A stretch of DNA of 64,000 nt from Amoebidium appalachense (GCA_963693365.1 CAVNZM010000002.1:12766328-12830327), one strand, 5' to 3'. Counted from the first letter of the stretch, positions 15,228 through 36,820 are shown. Numbers and translations: made by a program. The notes: generated by a model not told the origin, from the sequence alone.

Positions 15228-16579
15228 CCCCCCCCTCGACCACCACCATCACCACACCCATTCCTAACCCCCAACCCCCACCCGGGCCTTCCCCGGGATC
15301 CCGGTCAAGCAAAATGAAATAACTGCTTTGATAGAATGACGTTGTCTTCATGAATGGATTTCAGAACCGTGACATATGTAAATGTTATTATCATGACCAC
15401 ATCCACGTAAATGTTAAGAATATGACCACAGTCACATAATTTTGAAAAATGTTACCGCAGCCACATAAGTTTTAAAGTCATGACCACAGCCACATAAGTT
15501 TTAAAATCATGTCTCCAGCCATATACACGTCTTCGTGGTCTGCATCCGCCAAGGCTGAGGTGCACTCGCAGCAGCGGTTCCACTACATGGGCCACAAAGG
15601 TGCGCTATTTTGGGGATGGGCCATACATGTCGGGGCTATTTTTAGAGAATTTGTGCATTGTCTACCGACGTAGGAAGGACGTAGTTTTAACTTTATTATT
15701 TACTTCTAGTTGATGCATTAAGAGTTAAATGTTTTGGATGTTTGTGCATGGTTTAATGGCCTTATGTTGGAGTTAATTTTGTAGGGGCCAACTTCTAAAT
15801 TAAATGTCTAGTTGATGCATTAAGAGTTAAATGTTTTGGATGTTTGTGCATGGTTTAATGGCCTTATGTTGGAGTTAATTTTGTAGGGGCCAACCTCTAA
15901 ATTAAATGTGGTTCGTGAACCATTTAATAAACACGTTGGATGTTTGTTCATTGTTTGGAAAATGCAGGAGGAAAAAAAGCTCGGGCTGCTTATCCTATCT
16001 TTTGGTTTTTTATATGAAGCAGCTGTTTTATGTATGTATTGACCTGCAATTCATTGAGAAGTTGTAACAAATTATACATGTTCACTTTTTCCCTCGTTTC
16101 ACCCCTACTTGCGTGCTTCGCAAAGTGTCCTGTGAGAAGTCAAGGCGGGGATGAAGGGAAGAAGGGGGTGCTAGGATAGTGCCGGGGGAGAGGGGAGGGC
16201 GGGAGGGGGGAGGGGGAGGGTTAGGGGGGAGAGGGAGGGGCGGGGCGGGGAGAGAGGGGGAGGGGGGAAGAGGGGGGGGGGGGGAGGGGGGGGAGGGGGG
16301 TTGGTTGTTAGACCGAGAGAGAGAGGCTAACGGGTGTATGAGTGTTGGCACAGGGGAGATCCGAGTAGACCAGGCACACAGAGGGTATGAGGTGGCTACA
16401 GACAGTGACGGATACAGGTATGCGATGAACACTCTCTTTCCCTCCCCTCATCCCCCCCCCCCCCCCTTCCCCCCCCCTCCTTCCCTCGCCTCCTCCCTTC
16501 CTCCCCTCGCCACCCCCCCCCCCCTCCCCCACTTCTCTCTTCTCTCTTCTCTCTCACACCCTTTCCCCCTCCCCCCCCT

Positions 16580-16675
<96 letters not shown>

Positions 16676-17098
16676 ACACACACACATACACACGCACACA
16701 CACACACACACACACATGCACACATGCACACCCATCCCATCATCCATGAGCTACCAGCTTCACCCTCTTCAGATTCTCAGGCTTGTTTCGTCCTTTGTCA
16801 TGCCCTCGAGCGCGCGCTTTCCCCAGTTTGGCAGGCACATGCACACCCACAACCACACGCGCACGCACATGCACACACTCCACATGGGAGCCGTCGGACG
16901 CAAGGGCACTCTATCAAACACATACACCCACCCACATGCATTTTGTTAGCAAGCTCCTTCTCATCTGCATGCTGACCTACCCTCGTCCTTCTTTCATTCC
17001 TTCTCCGACACACACACACGCGCGCCTGTGCGCACACACGTGTGAGCGCACACATGCACACACACACGTACACGTACACGTACGTGCGCGCGCGCACA

Positions 17099-17159
<61 letters not shown>

Positions 17160-17162
17160 ACA

Positions 17163-17218
<56 letters not shown>

Positions 17219-17495
17219 AGCGTGAACCCCCTGTTCATGGCCTACAGCAAAGATCACGAGGGTAACTTTGCCGGCCACCACGGCTACGGCTACAAATCAT
17301 TCGAGGAATTTGTCACACACTGCACAAAAGTCAATGCCGGAAAAGCGGACTGGTAAGTGGAAAGATAATGTGTAAAAACAAAAAACATATAGCAGAAGAT
17401 GAAATGTATACAGTTAGTGCTATTGAGTCCCCTTGCTGTTGTTTCGTCAGAGAGACTATTCTTCCTTGCTGTTGTCACACGTATCCTGTGCGCCA

Positions 17496-17526
<31 letters not shown>

Positions 17527-17804
17527 TATATGTGGGTGACCCAACCTCAAAGTGGGTACTTTTGTGATTGTTTGGGGCTTTGCACATATTGAGAATAGAC
17601 CAAAACCAAACACATTGTGGGTGGCATGGAACTTTGCGGAGGAAATATGAATGTATGGCGCATATACTGGGTGCTCGTTTTTGCCGTTGAATGTACTGTC
17701 CGGATTGCCTTAGCGCCCACCTTTAGAGTACCTACTGCGCAACAATTTAACCTTACCCCCTCCACCCCTCCTCCCACCTTCCCTCTTTTGACACATACCC
17801 GCAC

Positions 17805-17876
<72 letters not shown>

Positions 17877-18045
17877 TACACACGCACACAGCTATCCGCG
17901 ACACCTGGCCACTTTTGCCCACACCGAATACGTCACTGCTATTCTCGAAGCTGGGCGGCTTTCACTGAACAACAAAAACAGGCCTGTCAATCTCGTTTTT
18001 GACCCACAAAACCAGGAGTCGGTTATAGATTTGTCCGTTGCATGA
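7906..18045 (+). CDS. GFO/IDH/MocA-family NAD(P)-dependent oxidoreductase, D-galacturonate reductase (fungal GaaA/GAR2)-like; exons 7906-7966, 9150-9228, 9960-10079, 11159-11322, 12315-12418, 13793-13923, 14427-14536, 14965-14998, 15519-15599, 16354-16417, 17218-17352, 17892-18045; start-codon exon not located
   Basis: Phase-compatible GT-AG exons give [12 protein letters not shown]...[17 protein letters not shown]...[12 protein letters not shown]...VLVTKPAVK...[10 protein letters not shown]...[34 protein letters not shown]...[12 protein letters not shown]...YTSSW...[11 protein letters not shown]...DQAHRGY...[10 protein letters not shown]...[11 protein letters not shown], recognised as this family. 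Confidence 0.88.
9680..9980 (+). repeat. Degenerate tandem copies (about 90-100 bp) of the 3' splice site and exon start at 9960
   Basis: CTACAGGCAGGAAATTTGCAGGTATT (about 9766) versus the functional CCACAG|GCAGGAAATTTGCAGGTATC. Confidence 0.75.
10740..11170 (+). repeat. Degenerate copies of the 3' splice site at 11159
   Basis: TTCATGATAGCCTCCAGACCAAAG, TTTATGATACCTCCAGATCACAAC and TTCATGATTTCTCGAGATCAAAAC versus the functional TTTATGATATCCTGCAG|ATCAAAAG. Confidence 0.65.
13602..13694 (+). mobile_element. Short 3'-end fragment of subfamily B (similar fragments near 20735-20813 +, 29135-29215 -, 43305-43415 +, 45490-45575 +, 47730-47850 +)
   Basis: TGCTTA.TATGCATACTCTTTATGTATGG...TGTACTTCGTACTTT...CATTCAAAC between C-runs. 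Confidence 0.7.
13924..14125 (+). repeat. Tandem repeat of about 60 bp (3-3.5 copies) beginning at the 5' splice site
   Basis: GTAGGTTTAGCACCAGAATTCCC, GTATGTCTACACCAGAGTTCCC, GTATGTATACACCAGTATTCCC, GTATGTCTAGAAACAG. Confidence 0.8.
15360..15525 (+). repeat. Tandem repeats of about 29 bp ending in the 3' splice site at 15519
   Basis: ATGACCACAGTCACATA, ATGTTACCGCAGCCACATA, ATGACCACAGCCACATA, then the functional ATGTCTCCAG|CCATATA. Confidence 0.75.
15705..15908. repeat. Nearly perfect 102-bp tandem duplication in an intron
   Basis: TCTAGTTGATGCATTAAGAG...TCTAAATTAAATG twice, with one mismatch. Confidence 0.9.
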
Positions 18046-18332
18046 ATGAAAAGCATTTAATTCGATTGTGTGTTTGGTTGGTTGCCGTCTGTGACAGGTA
18101 AAATAAATCGGCTGATATGTATAAAAAATAGGAGCTTACCGCAAGTGCTAGAAATCGTACTATTACCCACACAGCTGGAGGATTTTAACAGCAAGGATTT
18201 TACTCCGTCTTGAGTTAGGATCTTGAAGTGGTTATAATCGACTGGATCGTATGATATGTGGACCATAAAGATGCCTTCCCTCCTTTCTTTTCTTTGGTTT
18301 TCCATTTGCTTCTTCTTTTCTTTGTGTGTGTA

Positions 18333-18402
<70 letters not shown>

Positions 18403-18473
18403 GTGTACTGTGTGCCTGCGTGTGTGTACACGTGTGTATTTTTTTCTTTTCTTTTTTTTTTTTTTGTGGCGAA

Positions 18474-18507
<34 letters not shown>

Positions 18508-18741
18508 TCTCCTACGTTACATCTCCCTATGATGGTGCATACAGTCTATAGCTCATTATGCTTGTAGGTATCTTGATCATGAATGTGCATATTGTGTACA
18601 TCCTTTTTGGGTGTTAAGTAACGTACTGTAACATAAACAACATGTAGGTTGGTCTGGTCCAGGAGTTCTTTACATGTACACTGATCACAGTCTCGCATAA
18701 TTATTGTGCACATGACTCAGATGTATGCAACTTGCAAATGT

Positions 18742-18784
<43 letters not shown>

Positions 18785-19138
18785 CCCCCGGTCCGGTCCC
18801 CACCGGCCACCGGCGCCACCACCACCGGTGCCACCACCCAAAAAAAAAAAAAAAAAAGGGGGGGGGGGAGGGGGGAGGGGGACAACCAACAATTATAATA
18901 ATTCCCTAAAGGCCTAGTTAGAGCCTACAACCACCGGTCCACCACCACCAAATGCACGAATTGGCACCGGTACCTACCCTCCGTTCCCTTCGAACGAAAC
19001 ATTCGTCTTATTAAGTTCTCCTAGATCCTGGTGTGTTGTATGGTGTACGTCACGGTATTGCAGCACACAGCTGTGCCACCTACATAGGCCTTGTGTCACA
19101 GCGTGTCACAGTGTGTGTACGGCCTGCATAAGATGGCA

Positions 19139-19175
<37 letters not shown>

Positions 19176-19700
19176 GAAGGGGGGTTGGTTGGTTGGTTGG
19201 TTGGTTGGTGGGTTGGTTCAGGAGCAAACATGGATTCAAGACACTTCAATGGTTGAACCATATAATATTCACAATTGTGACTCAACTAATCAAGTAACAC
19301 TGAGCATGTGTAGACACATCTTACGATCCTGGACCAGCATAAATCCGATAATTAATGACAATGTCATTGTGAACACACTCTTAGAATATGCCAATGTTCA
19401 CACACGCGCGCACACACACACACACACGCTCACCAACACAGTTGCACTGCCAGGGGAAATAAAGCAGAGAGCTAGAGACACATGCATGACCAACCAACTG
19501 CTCAAAATATGGATCGATGAGGAATGAAACGAAATAAATAGACTTCAAGTGGCAGCACTACATTTCTAATGCATTGCCGACAACTGCATGGTGCAGCTGC
19601 TAAACCTAACACGAAGTGAAATGACATCAACATGAACGGGAAATATTTGCAAATGACTACCGGTTTCACTGTGCTTTTGTGCGTGTCATGGGCCGTACCC

Positions 19701-19731
<31 letters not shown>

Positions 19732-19972
19732 AAGGGAACAAAAAAAAGAAGAAAAGAAGATAGAAAAGTCAAAAGATACCAAGAAAATGGAAACGTGGTT
19801 CGATAGTGTGCAACATGCAACAAGCGAAATGACAAAAAACAATCAAAGTCAATGCCGATTGAATCAGACTCCCACATGGTATTGCTGTTTAGGCAATCGC
19901 AATGGGCATGTCCCTTAATACAGCACGTCGAGTCAATTGGCAAACCTTTCTCGTGTCTGCACGTGTGTGCAC

Positions 19973-20064
<92 letters not shown>

Positions 20065-20345
20065 TTGTGTGTGTGTGTGTGTAGACCATAAGCATGTGGT
20101 GTGGGCATGCAAAAGCGAACATTAACCATTTACAAATTCCATGTTGCATTGGTTTACTTTGCACAACAGTAAATATAATTCACTCCCACGTACCCTAACC
20201 TACCCCACCCCATACACATCCCCCATCCCCTTAGGTAATACATCAACCTTTCGACAAGTGCCCAAACAAACCAACCATCGCTCCTCACTTTACCCCAGCG
20301 ATGGAAAAAACAAGGGCAGAACAAAAAACAAAAAAACAGCACCAT

Positions 20346-21315
20346 TCACAACGGCAGTTTCCCCAGACTCGTAGGGGAATTCAGCGAATTTCGGATAGCT
20401 CTAAGCTGCAATTCCTGCTTCTCCCTCTCCTTCTCTTGTCTTTCCTGCTGCTGTTTTTTCTGTTGCATCTGCGCCTGTTTCTCCCCAAGAGTGTAAGCCG
20501 ACGGGTGAATTTTGAAGCCAAAAATCCTCGGGACGTATTTTTCCGCGGGCTCTGGGGGCCTTAGCTCCGGGTAGATTAGGAGCAGGAGGGGGGCAAAAGT
20601 GGTGGTGAAGTATGCCCCGTCCAGATGTTGGTGTTTGCTTGACTTGGTGTTGTACACCTGCACATGCACACCCACACGCGTTAAGTAATCCGTACAGTCT
20701 CTCAAAATATCCCCCCCCCCCCCCCCCCCCCCCCATACTCTTTATGTATGGTTTGCATTTTGCATCGTGTTATCCGTTGTCCTTGTGTACTTCGTACTTT
20801 ACGACACATTCAACCCCAACCCCCCCCCCCCCCTCCCCCCCCCCCCCCCTCCCTCCCCCTCCCAACACACACACCCACACCCACGCACAAAACAAACAAA
20901 CAAACAAACAAACAAACAAACAAACAAAAAAAAGAAAAAGAAAAAAAGAAAGAAAAAAAAAAACCACCAGAAGCCGCACCAACAGGCTTTGTCATTAGGA
21001 GAGCGTTGATCGATGAGAAGGGGGCACGTAAATGAGCAACTGTCCCCTTCCTTCACTCTTATCTCTAAAAACATGTTCAGAAAAAACACATGGAATGTGC
21101 ATAGGGTACACGCAGACATGCGGACGCACAAATACACATCCGTTCTCACACTTGTCCTCATCAGTAGACTCGCAACACACCACACTTTTAAGCTAGCAAA
21201 AAAGACACACTCAAAGATGCACACGGCCACACGTTAACCACCCTCCTTGCAACACTCAGTTTTGATACTCAGCACGCTTGAGCTGGCACGTAGACACACA
21301 TACATGCACACACAG

Positions 21316-21385
<70 letters not shown>

Positions 21386-21582
21386 AAAAGAAAGGAAGGA
21401 AGAAAGAAAGGTGTGTCGTGTGCACACATCCGTGTGTGTGTCTGTGTGTATGCGAATGTTGCAGAGTGTTGGTTGGCGTATTCCAAAAGGACGGAGGGGT
21501 GGGGTGGGGGGAAGGCGGGTTTGGGGAAGGGGATGGCTTTTTTTCTGTTTTCTTTTTTTTTTTCTCTCTCCCCGGGAAGAGA

Positions 21583-21616
<34 letters not shown>

Positions 21617-21852
21617 TGAATACGCCATTAAGTATTAAGTACACAAGAACAAACGGATAACACGATGCAGAATGCAAGCCATACATAAAGAGTATGCATA
21701 ATAAGCAGAGCCCATCCTCAGGGGGGGCCTCAGGGGGGGCCTACGTCATCCACAGTACCCGAGTTTCGACCTATTCACCTCGTTAACGAAACCCAACTCA
21801 GATACTGTTTCACTTGAACATGGGTAGGTCACCCGTCTTGATCAGAGACGAG

Positions 21853-21885
<33 letters not shown>

Positions 21886-22205
21886 AGAGGATTACTCACA
21901 TCCTCGCATTTTGGACAAAACAGCTTCACCACACTCTCCCCCGGGTTGTCCGTCATGCCCACGGGCAGAACCGGCTGGTTTTGGCACAGTGCCCGGGGAC
22001 ACGTGCCAAACTCAGCATTTCGGTATTTCTCAGCCTGAAATTGTGAATTTTCATGCCATGATCAGTAGTCAAACAAGTGACTAACTCACAATTTCGGGAT
22101 TTTGGAGTGTGGTTATTCATGCGTTCACGTGAGGTGTAGTGGAGTCGTCGAGCTCTCAAGATCCGGTGTGTGATCATGCCGTCCACGTGCACACACGTGT
22201 GTATT

Positions 22206-22286
<81 letters not shown>

Positions 22287-23229
22287 ATGGAGCCAGAAGA
22301 AGTAGGTGTGTACATGCACACAAGCACCAACACGAGTACATGTCAACCTGAAAAATAATAACATTAGCTTAAATTAACGATAAACGAGAAGCACAACCTA
22401 TGCCCTACAAAAACAGGGGAGACAGGAAGAAGGGAGGGTTAATGGTGATGGTGGTCGAGGCGGAGAAGGGATAGGGGGGGGGGGGATGTGTGCATCAGAT
22501 TGTCGGATTATGGAAGTGGTGACATCACAAAAAACAAACAAACAAGGGGGGAGGGGGGGAGGGGGGGGGGGGGGGGGTTGAATGCGGAACACGGTACGAA
22601 GTACGCATACACGAAGGACACATGCAAATGCAAACATTCAAGTATGCAACATCAGCCATGCGCACAGTATGCGTCATAAGCAGAGCCCATCCTCAGGGAG
22701 GGCCCAAGTCATCAATTGCGTCTGAGTTTCGACCCCTTAGCCCGCGTATATACGACTCTCCAACTCAGACAGCAGCATCAACTGAACTTGGGAGGGTCAA
22801 CCCGTCTTGATCAAAGACGAGCAGGGTTGCTTATGCAAGCAAGGTGAGCAAAACGGTGAATGTGTGTGTGCAAACTAATGCAGTGCAGCGGAAAATGCGT
22901 ATGTGCTTACAGATGCACGACACATAGCAACCGTGCCCGGTTGCATGGAAGTAAAGCGGTCTCCACACAGTGGTCTGTCCTGAAAGGACACCTCTGAAAG
23001 AAGACTGGGGGGGTTTGAATGCGGAACACGGTACGAAGTACGCATACACGAAGGACACATGCAAAGGCAAACATTCAAGTATGCAACATCAGCCATGCGC
23101 ACAGTATGCGTCATAAGCAAAGCCCATCCTCAGGGAGGGCTCTGCTTCGGGGGGAGGATGTAGGCATTACATTAGAGGGTTGGAAATATGTAGGAGAGAC
23201 CAAAGGACAAACTACAAAACGTCACGAGA

Positions 23230-23269
<40 letters not shown>

Positions 23270-23660
23270 TGATACCATTTGCAGCATTCCGCGTGTCGTG
23301 AGGATGTACCGGGCATGGATCAGACCGTACAGCTGCGCAGCCGCCTGCTCGACTGCCTCAGTGAGCTCCTCCGTGATCTCCTCGTCTGTACGCGCGCGGT
23401 GTGTGTGTGTGTACGAGTGTGTGTGTGTGTGCGTGTAGGTGTAGCAGGGGGGAGGAGGGGGGGGGTGGGAGGGGTGGGAGGTTGGGGGGAAGGGGAGGGG
23501 ATCAGAAAAATAAGATATACTAAACAGAAATAAAAGTTACACAACCGAAAAAGGGGCAGGGTAAAGGTTGAGATGCAGTAACGAACACAAAAAGAGAACG
23601 CAACATATACAGAGCTCACACTCGGCACCCTTAAAACGGCTGTGTGTGTATGTGTGTGTG

Positions 23661-23695
<35 letters not shown>

Positions 23696-26600
23696 GGGGG
23701 TTTGAATGCGGAACACGGTACGAATTACACATACACGATGGGAAGCATGGTGCAGGACACATGCAAAGGCAAACATTCAAGTATGCATTATCAGCAATGC
23801 ACACAGTATGTGTCGCAAGCAGAGCCCATCCTCAGGGAGGGAAGGGGGGGGAATGCAAACCATACATAAATAGTTTGCATAATAAGCAGAGCCCATCCTC
23901 AGGGGGGGGCATGTCGGGGGGAGGGGGAGGGGGGAGTGTCAACTCGACACTAAGTATAGGGATGCAACCAAGAACACGGGTGAACGCTGAGTCTGGCCTT
24001 ACAAGGGCGACTGGAATTAAAAGAGAAAACGACAACAAAAACATGACATGGGCACAAGGTAAAACACATCGGGTATGTATGTGCGGAAGCGTTGGGGGGA
24101 AACGATGCAAATAGGCAGACGACAGAAAACAGAGTCCGGGGGCTCGGTTATTATGTCCCTGCGGGCTATATTCCTTAGTACCACACAGCAATTCATCCCC
24201 CCCCCTCCCAAAATCCGTGTCCTGAAACACGACCTATATCTGTACAATCCAAAACTCATGTTTCAATGTATCAAAGATCAGCAATATGGTGATATGATGG
24301 TGAACAATCAACCACAAAAAAACCGGAATCTGACAACTTCCGGTAAAAACCCATACCGAGTTCCGAGTCCAGGATCATGTCGAGAGCCAGCCGGTAGTGA
24401 GACACTTGGTCACTTAGGCCCGTCAGGTTGAATCGGTCACAGATCCATTCTTGGTCAACTGCATACGTGCGGAGGAGAGAAAGTGAGCAAAGGTCGATAA
24501 AACACCATGTTCTTGGCTCGGCCAAATCAAAAAGAAGTAATGTGTGTGCACCTGTGCTTGTGTCTGCGTGTGCGTACGTGTGCATGCATGCACACGTGCG
24601 TGCCTGTGCGTGTGAATCTGTGTGTGCTTGCGATGTGTGGGGGTAGTGCGAGTATGTGGTGTGGTGTATGTGAATGTGTGGGTGTTTGAATATGATATGC
24701 AATTGGGTGCTCGCATGTTGTGTGAGGTGTGTGAGAGTCAATATGGGTGTGGACAGGTGCGAATAGAAGTGGGGAGTGAGCGGAATAGTGTGTAAATACG
24801 TGTGTAACGTGTGTGGATGTGTGTGTGTGCAAGTGCGTGTGTGCTTGCCTTTCTACCTACGTGCAAGTGTGCACCTGCCAACATGCAAGATAGCTGGGAT
24901 TGCAGGTGTATATTTTGCTGCAGTGTTTACATGGATTGCATCGGTGTGCGCTGCATGTGCCCCTACATGCTGTTTGTAACCACGGCTGCACGCATATCCA
25001 TGCAGGTGTTTTTGTGCGCATGCATGCATGCAGGAATGTGATCACCACAAGTATCGTGGTGTCTATGTTGTGTGCATGTGCATGTGTGTGTGTGTGTGCG
25101 CGCGCGCCTGAGCAAGGGTTTGTGTGCATGTGTACCTGTGTGCATGTGTGTGGGGCAGACAACGGCCGGGGGAAGAGGGGGGTGGGGGACGATGCCACAA
25201 TATCAGACGCAGTGAAAGACAATCGTTTGTGAATACATTCATGGCCTGCATAAAACCATAAAACTCTTTACAAGGGGAGAAAAAAGAGGGACACCATCAG
25301 GGCATGCATTATGTGTACATTCCTCTCACCTTCTCGGCATTTGTTCATGCTTGTGTGTACACATGTGCAGGAGTGGGAGTGAGTGCTACACACCTTTGCC
25401 TATCTCTGGGGTCTTATGTGTGCACATGAATGCACAACTTCTTTCTCATACCATTCAGCCACCCATGCACCACAAACACACTCGATACCCAACACACAGA
25501 CCTTATCAACGTCGCCACACGTCTGCCCATAACATGACAACCACAACAGAAAGGTACACACACCACCATGTCAGTCACTCTCACCCTCTTTCTAAGTTAG
25601 GAACACCACTTCTACTAGACACAGTCAAACCACCTGCCCAAAGAGTCAAGGGGCACCTTCACACAAACGGCTTACCTTCGCAAAAGAACTCGTTTCCAGC
25701 AAATCTGCAGTACCAGGCAATCCAGGACAGTTCCTCATCACTGCTAGCTGCCTCTGTGCATGTTCGAGGGACATGGTCAGGGCAAGGGGAAAAGGGTAAA
25801 ACATGCACACAGATGGCTGAGGGACAAGCAGACGTGACTGCAAGCTCCCAAGTAAAAGATTCACAAGAAGCACCGAGGACAAGGGTACATCTAGTTGTGC
25901 AAAGCCGTGTGGCGCGGAAAGAGATATAAGAAAAAGACTATACACGTTACACCTACTGACTGCTTTCAAGTAGTTTTGAGGCACTCAGCCAGAACAATGT
26001 TCAACATTTAAGAGAGCAGTTTGGCAACCCCAGGCCAGTTTCAAGTAGATGTTGTATGTGCTACATGCTGACGCAAAGTAGCAAAGAAAGGCATGATAAG
26101 GGGAGAGAAGACAAGTCACGAGGTAGCCAGAAAGTATGAAAGGGGTGTGCAGGAAAACTCAGACAGGCACACACGCTTCTGCGCACGTGTGCATTTGTGC
26201 CTATGTGCCCGTGTGCCCGTGTGTGTGCTTGCATGTGTACGGGTGTGTGCGAGCGCGCAACACTTACAGGCACGCACACACAGCCAAACGACCATATACA
26301 TAAGTACAGACACTACCGGAAAAAAAAAAACATGTTTGCCTACAGTTTGTCTACAAAGCAGGGGGGACTGAAACGTGCCCCAATCACAACAAGCCCACAA
26401 AGCCCACAATAGCTCTCCATCAAACCGTTTTCCCTTTCAAGCTGGAATACTTCTATAAGGTGTATGGTCCGACAGCCCATCACTACAGAGAAGATGGCTT
26501 GCAGGCACCAACACACGCACGCGCGCGCTCACACACACATACACGCACGCACGCATGCACGCACGCACGCACGCACACACGCACGCACGCACATGCACAC

Positions 26601-26909
26601 ACACACAGCCACACGCACGCTTGCATACACACCCACCCACACGATAACAATCACATGCACACGTTGTGCTTGTGTCCCCAGCTATACTTATAACACAGGC
26701 TTAAAACCGTCGTCAACCACCAGATCCTGAAACAAGGAAGAAAAAAGGAGAACCATAAAAAGCCAAACAGGAGCGAACTTCTTACCCGAAGATGCAGTGA
26801 ACTCCCCACTGCTTGATTCCTGCCCGCTACCAGTACCCTGCCTTTCGCTGTTCCGCCTACTGCCACGTGGGCTTGCAGCAAGGCGGAGGCGTTGGTTTGC
26901 TGCCTCCAT
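20346..26909 (-). CDS. CSNK2B: Casein kinase II regulatory beta subunit; exons (minus) 26909-26786, 25753-25676, 24458-24357, 23385-23276, 22034-21900, 20657-20346
   Basis: Spliced protein has [46 protein letters not shown], the zinc ribbon CPRALC...KLFCPKC, DGAYF and [11 protein letters not shown]. All junctions are GT-AG and phase-compatible; the first exon is the least certain. Confidence 0.93.
21614..21853 (-). mobile_element. Poly-C-flanked repeat, subfamily B, 5'-truncated copy
   Basis: Reverse complement of 52387-52614; sits between two G-runs and shares the structured core and terminus with subfamily A. Confidence 0.8.
22577..23140 (-). mobile_element. Poly-C-flanked repeat, subfamily A, about 1.3 units (437-bp period), in a CK2-beta intron
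   Basis: Reverse complement of the 42495 element. Both internal repeats share the same roughly 15-bp deletion, and the 3' end abuts a G-run. Confidence 0.85.
23700..23908 (-). mobile_element. Truncated, more diverged subfamily A 3' end (23700-23840) adjacent to a subfamily B fragment (23851-23908)
   Basis: GTTTGAATGCGGAACACGG...CAGAGCCCATCCTCAGGGAGGG followed by GAATGCAAACCATACATAAA...CAGAGCCCATCCTCAGGG; abuts a G-run. Confidence 0.75.
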
Positions 26910-27963
26910 GTTTTCCTTAATTCCTCGCTTTGCTTGTCTGCATTGGTCCGCTTTCTAAATGCTTGTTCTGCAGCTGATGAATGTGGGATATAACCCTGTC
27001 GGCTTTGAACCCGGTGCGACGGTATACAACTCTAAATTAACCTTTTTGACAGATTGTAAGGGGTCTGCAACAACCCCTGGAAAAACGCTACTAAAACGCC
27101 TACCATACAACTGACAATGCAAAACTAGTCCAGAATACCTTGACTTTTGCAAATTTGTAGAAGAAAACTTTGGCGCCAAATGCAACGTGTTGGAATCGCC
27201 CAAACGGGCCATATTACGGCCAAACTTTGAAAGCTTCATCTCATAAACCCCATAAAATATTTGTAATAAATGTTAAACCCCAGTTTTTCATGCCCTGGTT
27301 GATATACAGTCTGGCGGACTGGTAAAGTCAACGTGACGTACTGGAACAAAAACACTTGCTTTGGGGAAGCAAGGAGATGGGTTCAGGTACGTTCACGAAG
27401 ATTTTTTTCTTTCACACACGTTCACGAAGATTTTTATTCATTCACACATTTAGTATAGGTACATGAATTCAGGTAGACATACAGAAATGGCCACAGGCAT
27501 GTGGGGCTATTAGTCCGCTACGGACGGAATTCAACGTTGTTCTATCATCACTTGGGCTTCAAAGAACAAGTGGAATAGCTTTTGGGCACATACATCAACA
27601 ATCATTTTACATAGAGATGCAAGATGGATCAATACAGGACAAATTCAAGTCGTGGATGTGTTTTCTTCCAGCTGTTACCAAATAATAAAATAGTAAAAAA
27701 ACGAGGCAAGTTGCATGTGCTGAAATGATCTGCGCCGGGCATAGGCATGGCTTGCGCATGGCGGTGTATGTGTGCTTGTGTGTGTTAGTATGTTGTAACT
27801 GTGTGTGTGTGTGTGTGTGTGCGTGTGTACACCGTGTGTGTGTGTGTGTGTGTGCGTGTGTGTATGTGTGTGTGTGTGTGTGAGCGTGCGTGTATACGCC
27901 CGCAGAAAGAAAAACTCCCAACAAGCTTCCTTGTAACTTCTGACTATACACACACCCATAAAG

Positions 27964-35338
<7,375 letters not shown>

Positions 35339-36316
35339 GTTCCAAAAATTTAACGCAAACAGCTAAATAGAATAAACTGGTTGATCTGTGCAATGATAAG
35401 ACAAAGAGCTCAGCTGCAGAACTCTTTAAGGGCAAAATGAGGGTATAAGAATCTGAGGGAATGAGGGGGAATGAAAATCTGCTAACCATGGGATGCTACA
35501 GACTCAAAGAGACAAGGCACAGAGATCAATTCGATTGGTGGCAAAAACGGATATTTTTTGCTGGTTCACAAAGGGTAGGGAGTGCGATAGGCGAGAGAAT
35601 ACGAAACATGGGGTGGGGCCTCACAAGAAAAAAGCCACGGAGAAAAAGGCAAAAAAAGTGGGGAGCAGGTGTTGGGAACCCAAGGGGTCAGTTTATATAG
35701 CTTGCTAAAGCGGCAATAAGTTGAGTTGCCCGTTGTCATTATTACAACCAATAAAAAATGCAGAAAAATACTTAAAGCGATTTTAAGTTTTTAGGTGTCT
35801 TCAGCTCTCTTGGTTTAGAAGGGTAATATCATGACACTTAGAGGTAGGGTAACAAGCTATCGATCGGAGGATCTGAAGCGGGCGCGTGAGCCGTTGAAAC
35901 CCTTCGAAGTCAATGACTTCGGAACGTCGGACGCGTTTTGTTTTTGGGCCAAATTAAAAAAAAACTAACCCATCGTGTCCTAAACAAAATTGGCATAGCT
36001 TGATAATCATAGCGTTAGTTTCTAAGATTTTCCCAGCTCAGTAGTTCGCTTAAATATATAGTGCAAACACTCCTTACGTGTGTAGGCGTTTTGCACTCCA
36101 TCCACGACGCACACAGCTGTACTTCTATCCTTGGAGTGGGAATAAGAGAAACGCAAATGAGGTGGAGGTAGTTTTGCATCTTGTGGTGACAGGCTCGTAT
36201 TGCTTGTATGCTGTACGTTACGTGTATACATAGATATAGCTGTAAGTCCCCTCCCTCCCACCTCCCTCTCCCTCCCCCCCCCCTCCCCCCCCCCCCCCCC
36301 CCCCCCCCCTTCCCCG

Positions 36317-36352
<36 letters not shown>

Positions 36353-36774
36353 TTTCCCCCTCTCGCCTTATCTTCCAGCCCCTTCCCAAGACGACGGTTT
36401 ACACTAAACGATGTCAATCTTTTCTTCTTGTCCTGTTCTCTTTTCCTTGAATGGTATGCAAGCACGAAGCACATACGAACGCAACCACACCTACGCACAT
36501 GCACACAGAACGCACACCTGTGGACATACACATATCGACACGCAAGCACAAACATGCACACACAAGTACACACACGCGAACACACACTGACACGTACGTA
36601 CGGGCTGTTTTCCAATCGGTTTTGGGCGCGCTGTTGGTCGAGTGTACATACGCACTCACACGCACGGACACACACACGCGCACACACACACACACCTACA
36701 TACACGCACGCGTGCGCGCACACGCACTCGCACACACACACACACGCACGCACGCACGCACACGCACACACACG

Positions 36775-36820
<46 letters not shown>

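Noticed and set aside
15360-15525. CRISPR-like array
   Set aside because: These are degenerate tandem repeats without unique spacers in a eukaryotic intron, and there are no cas genes.
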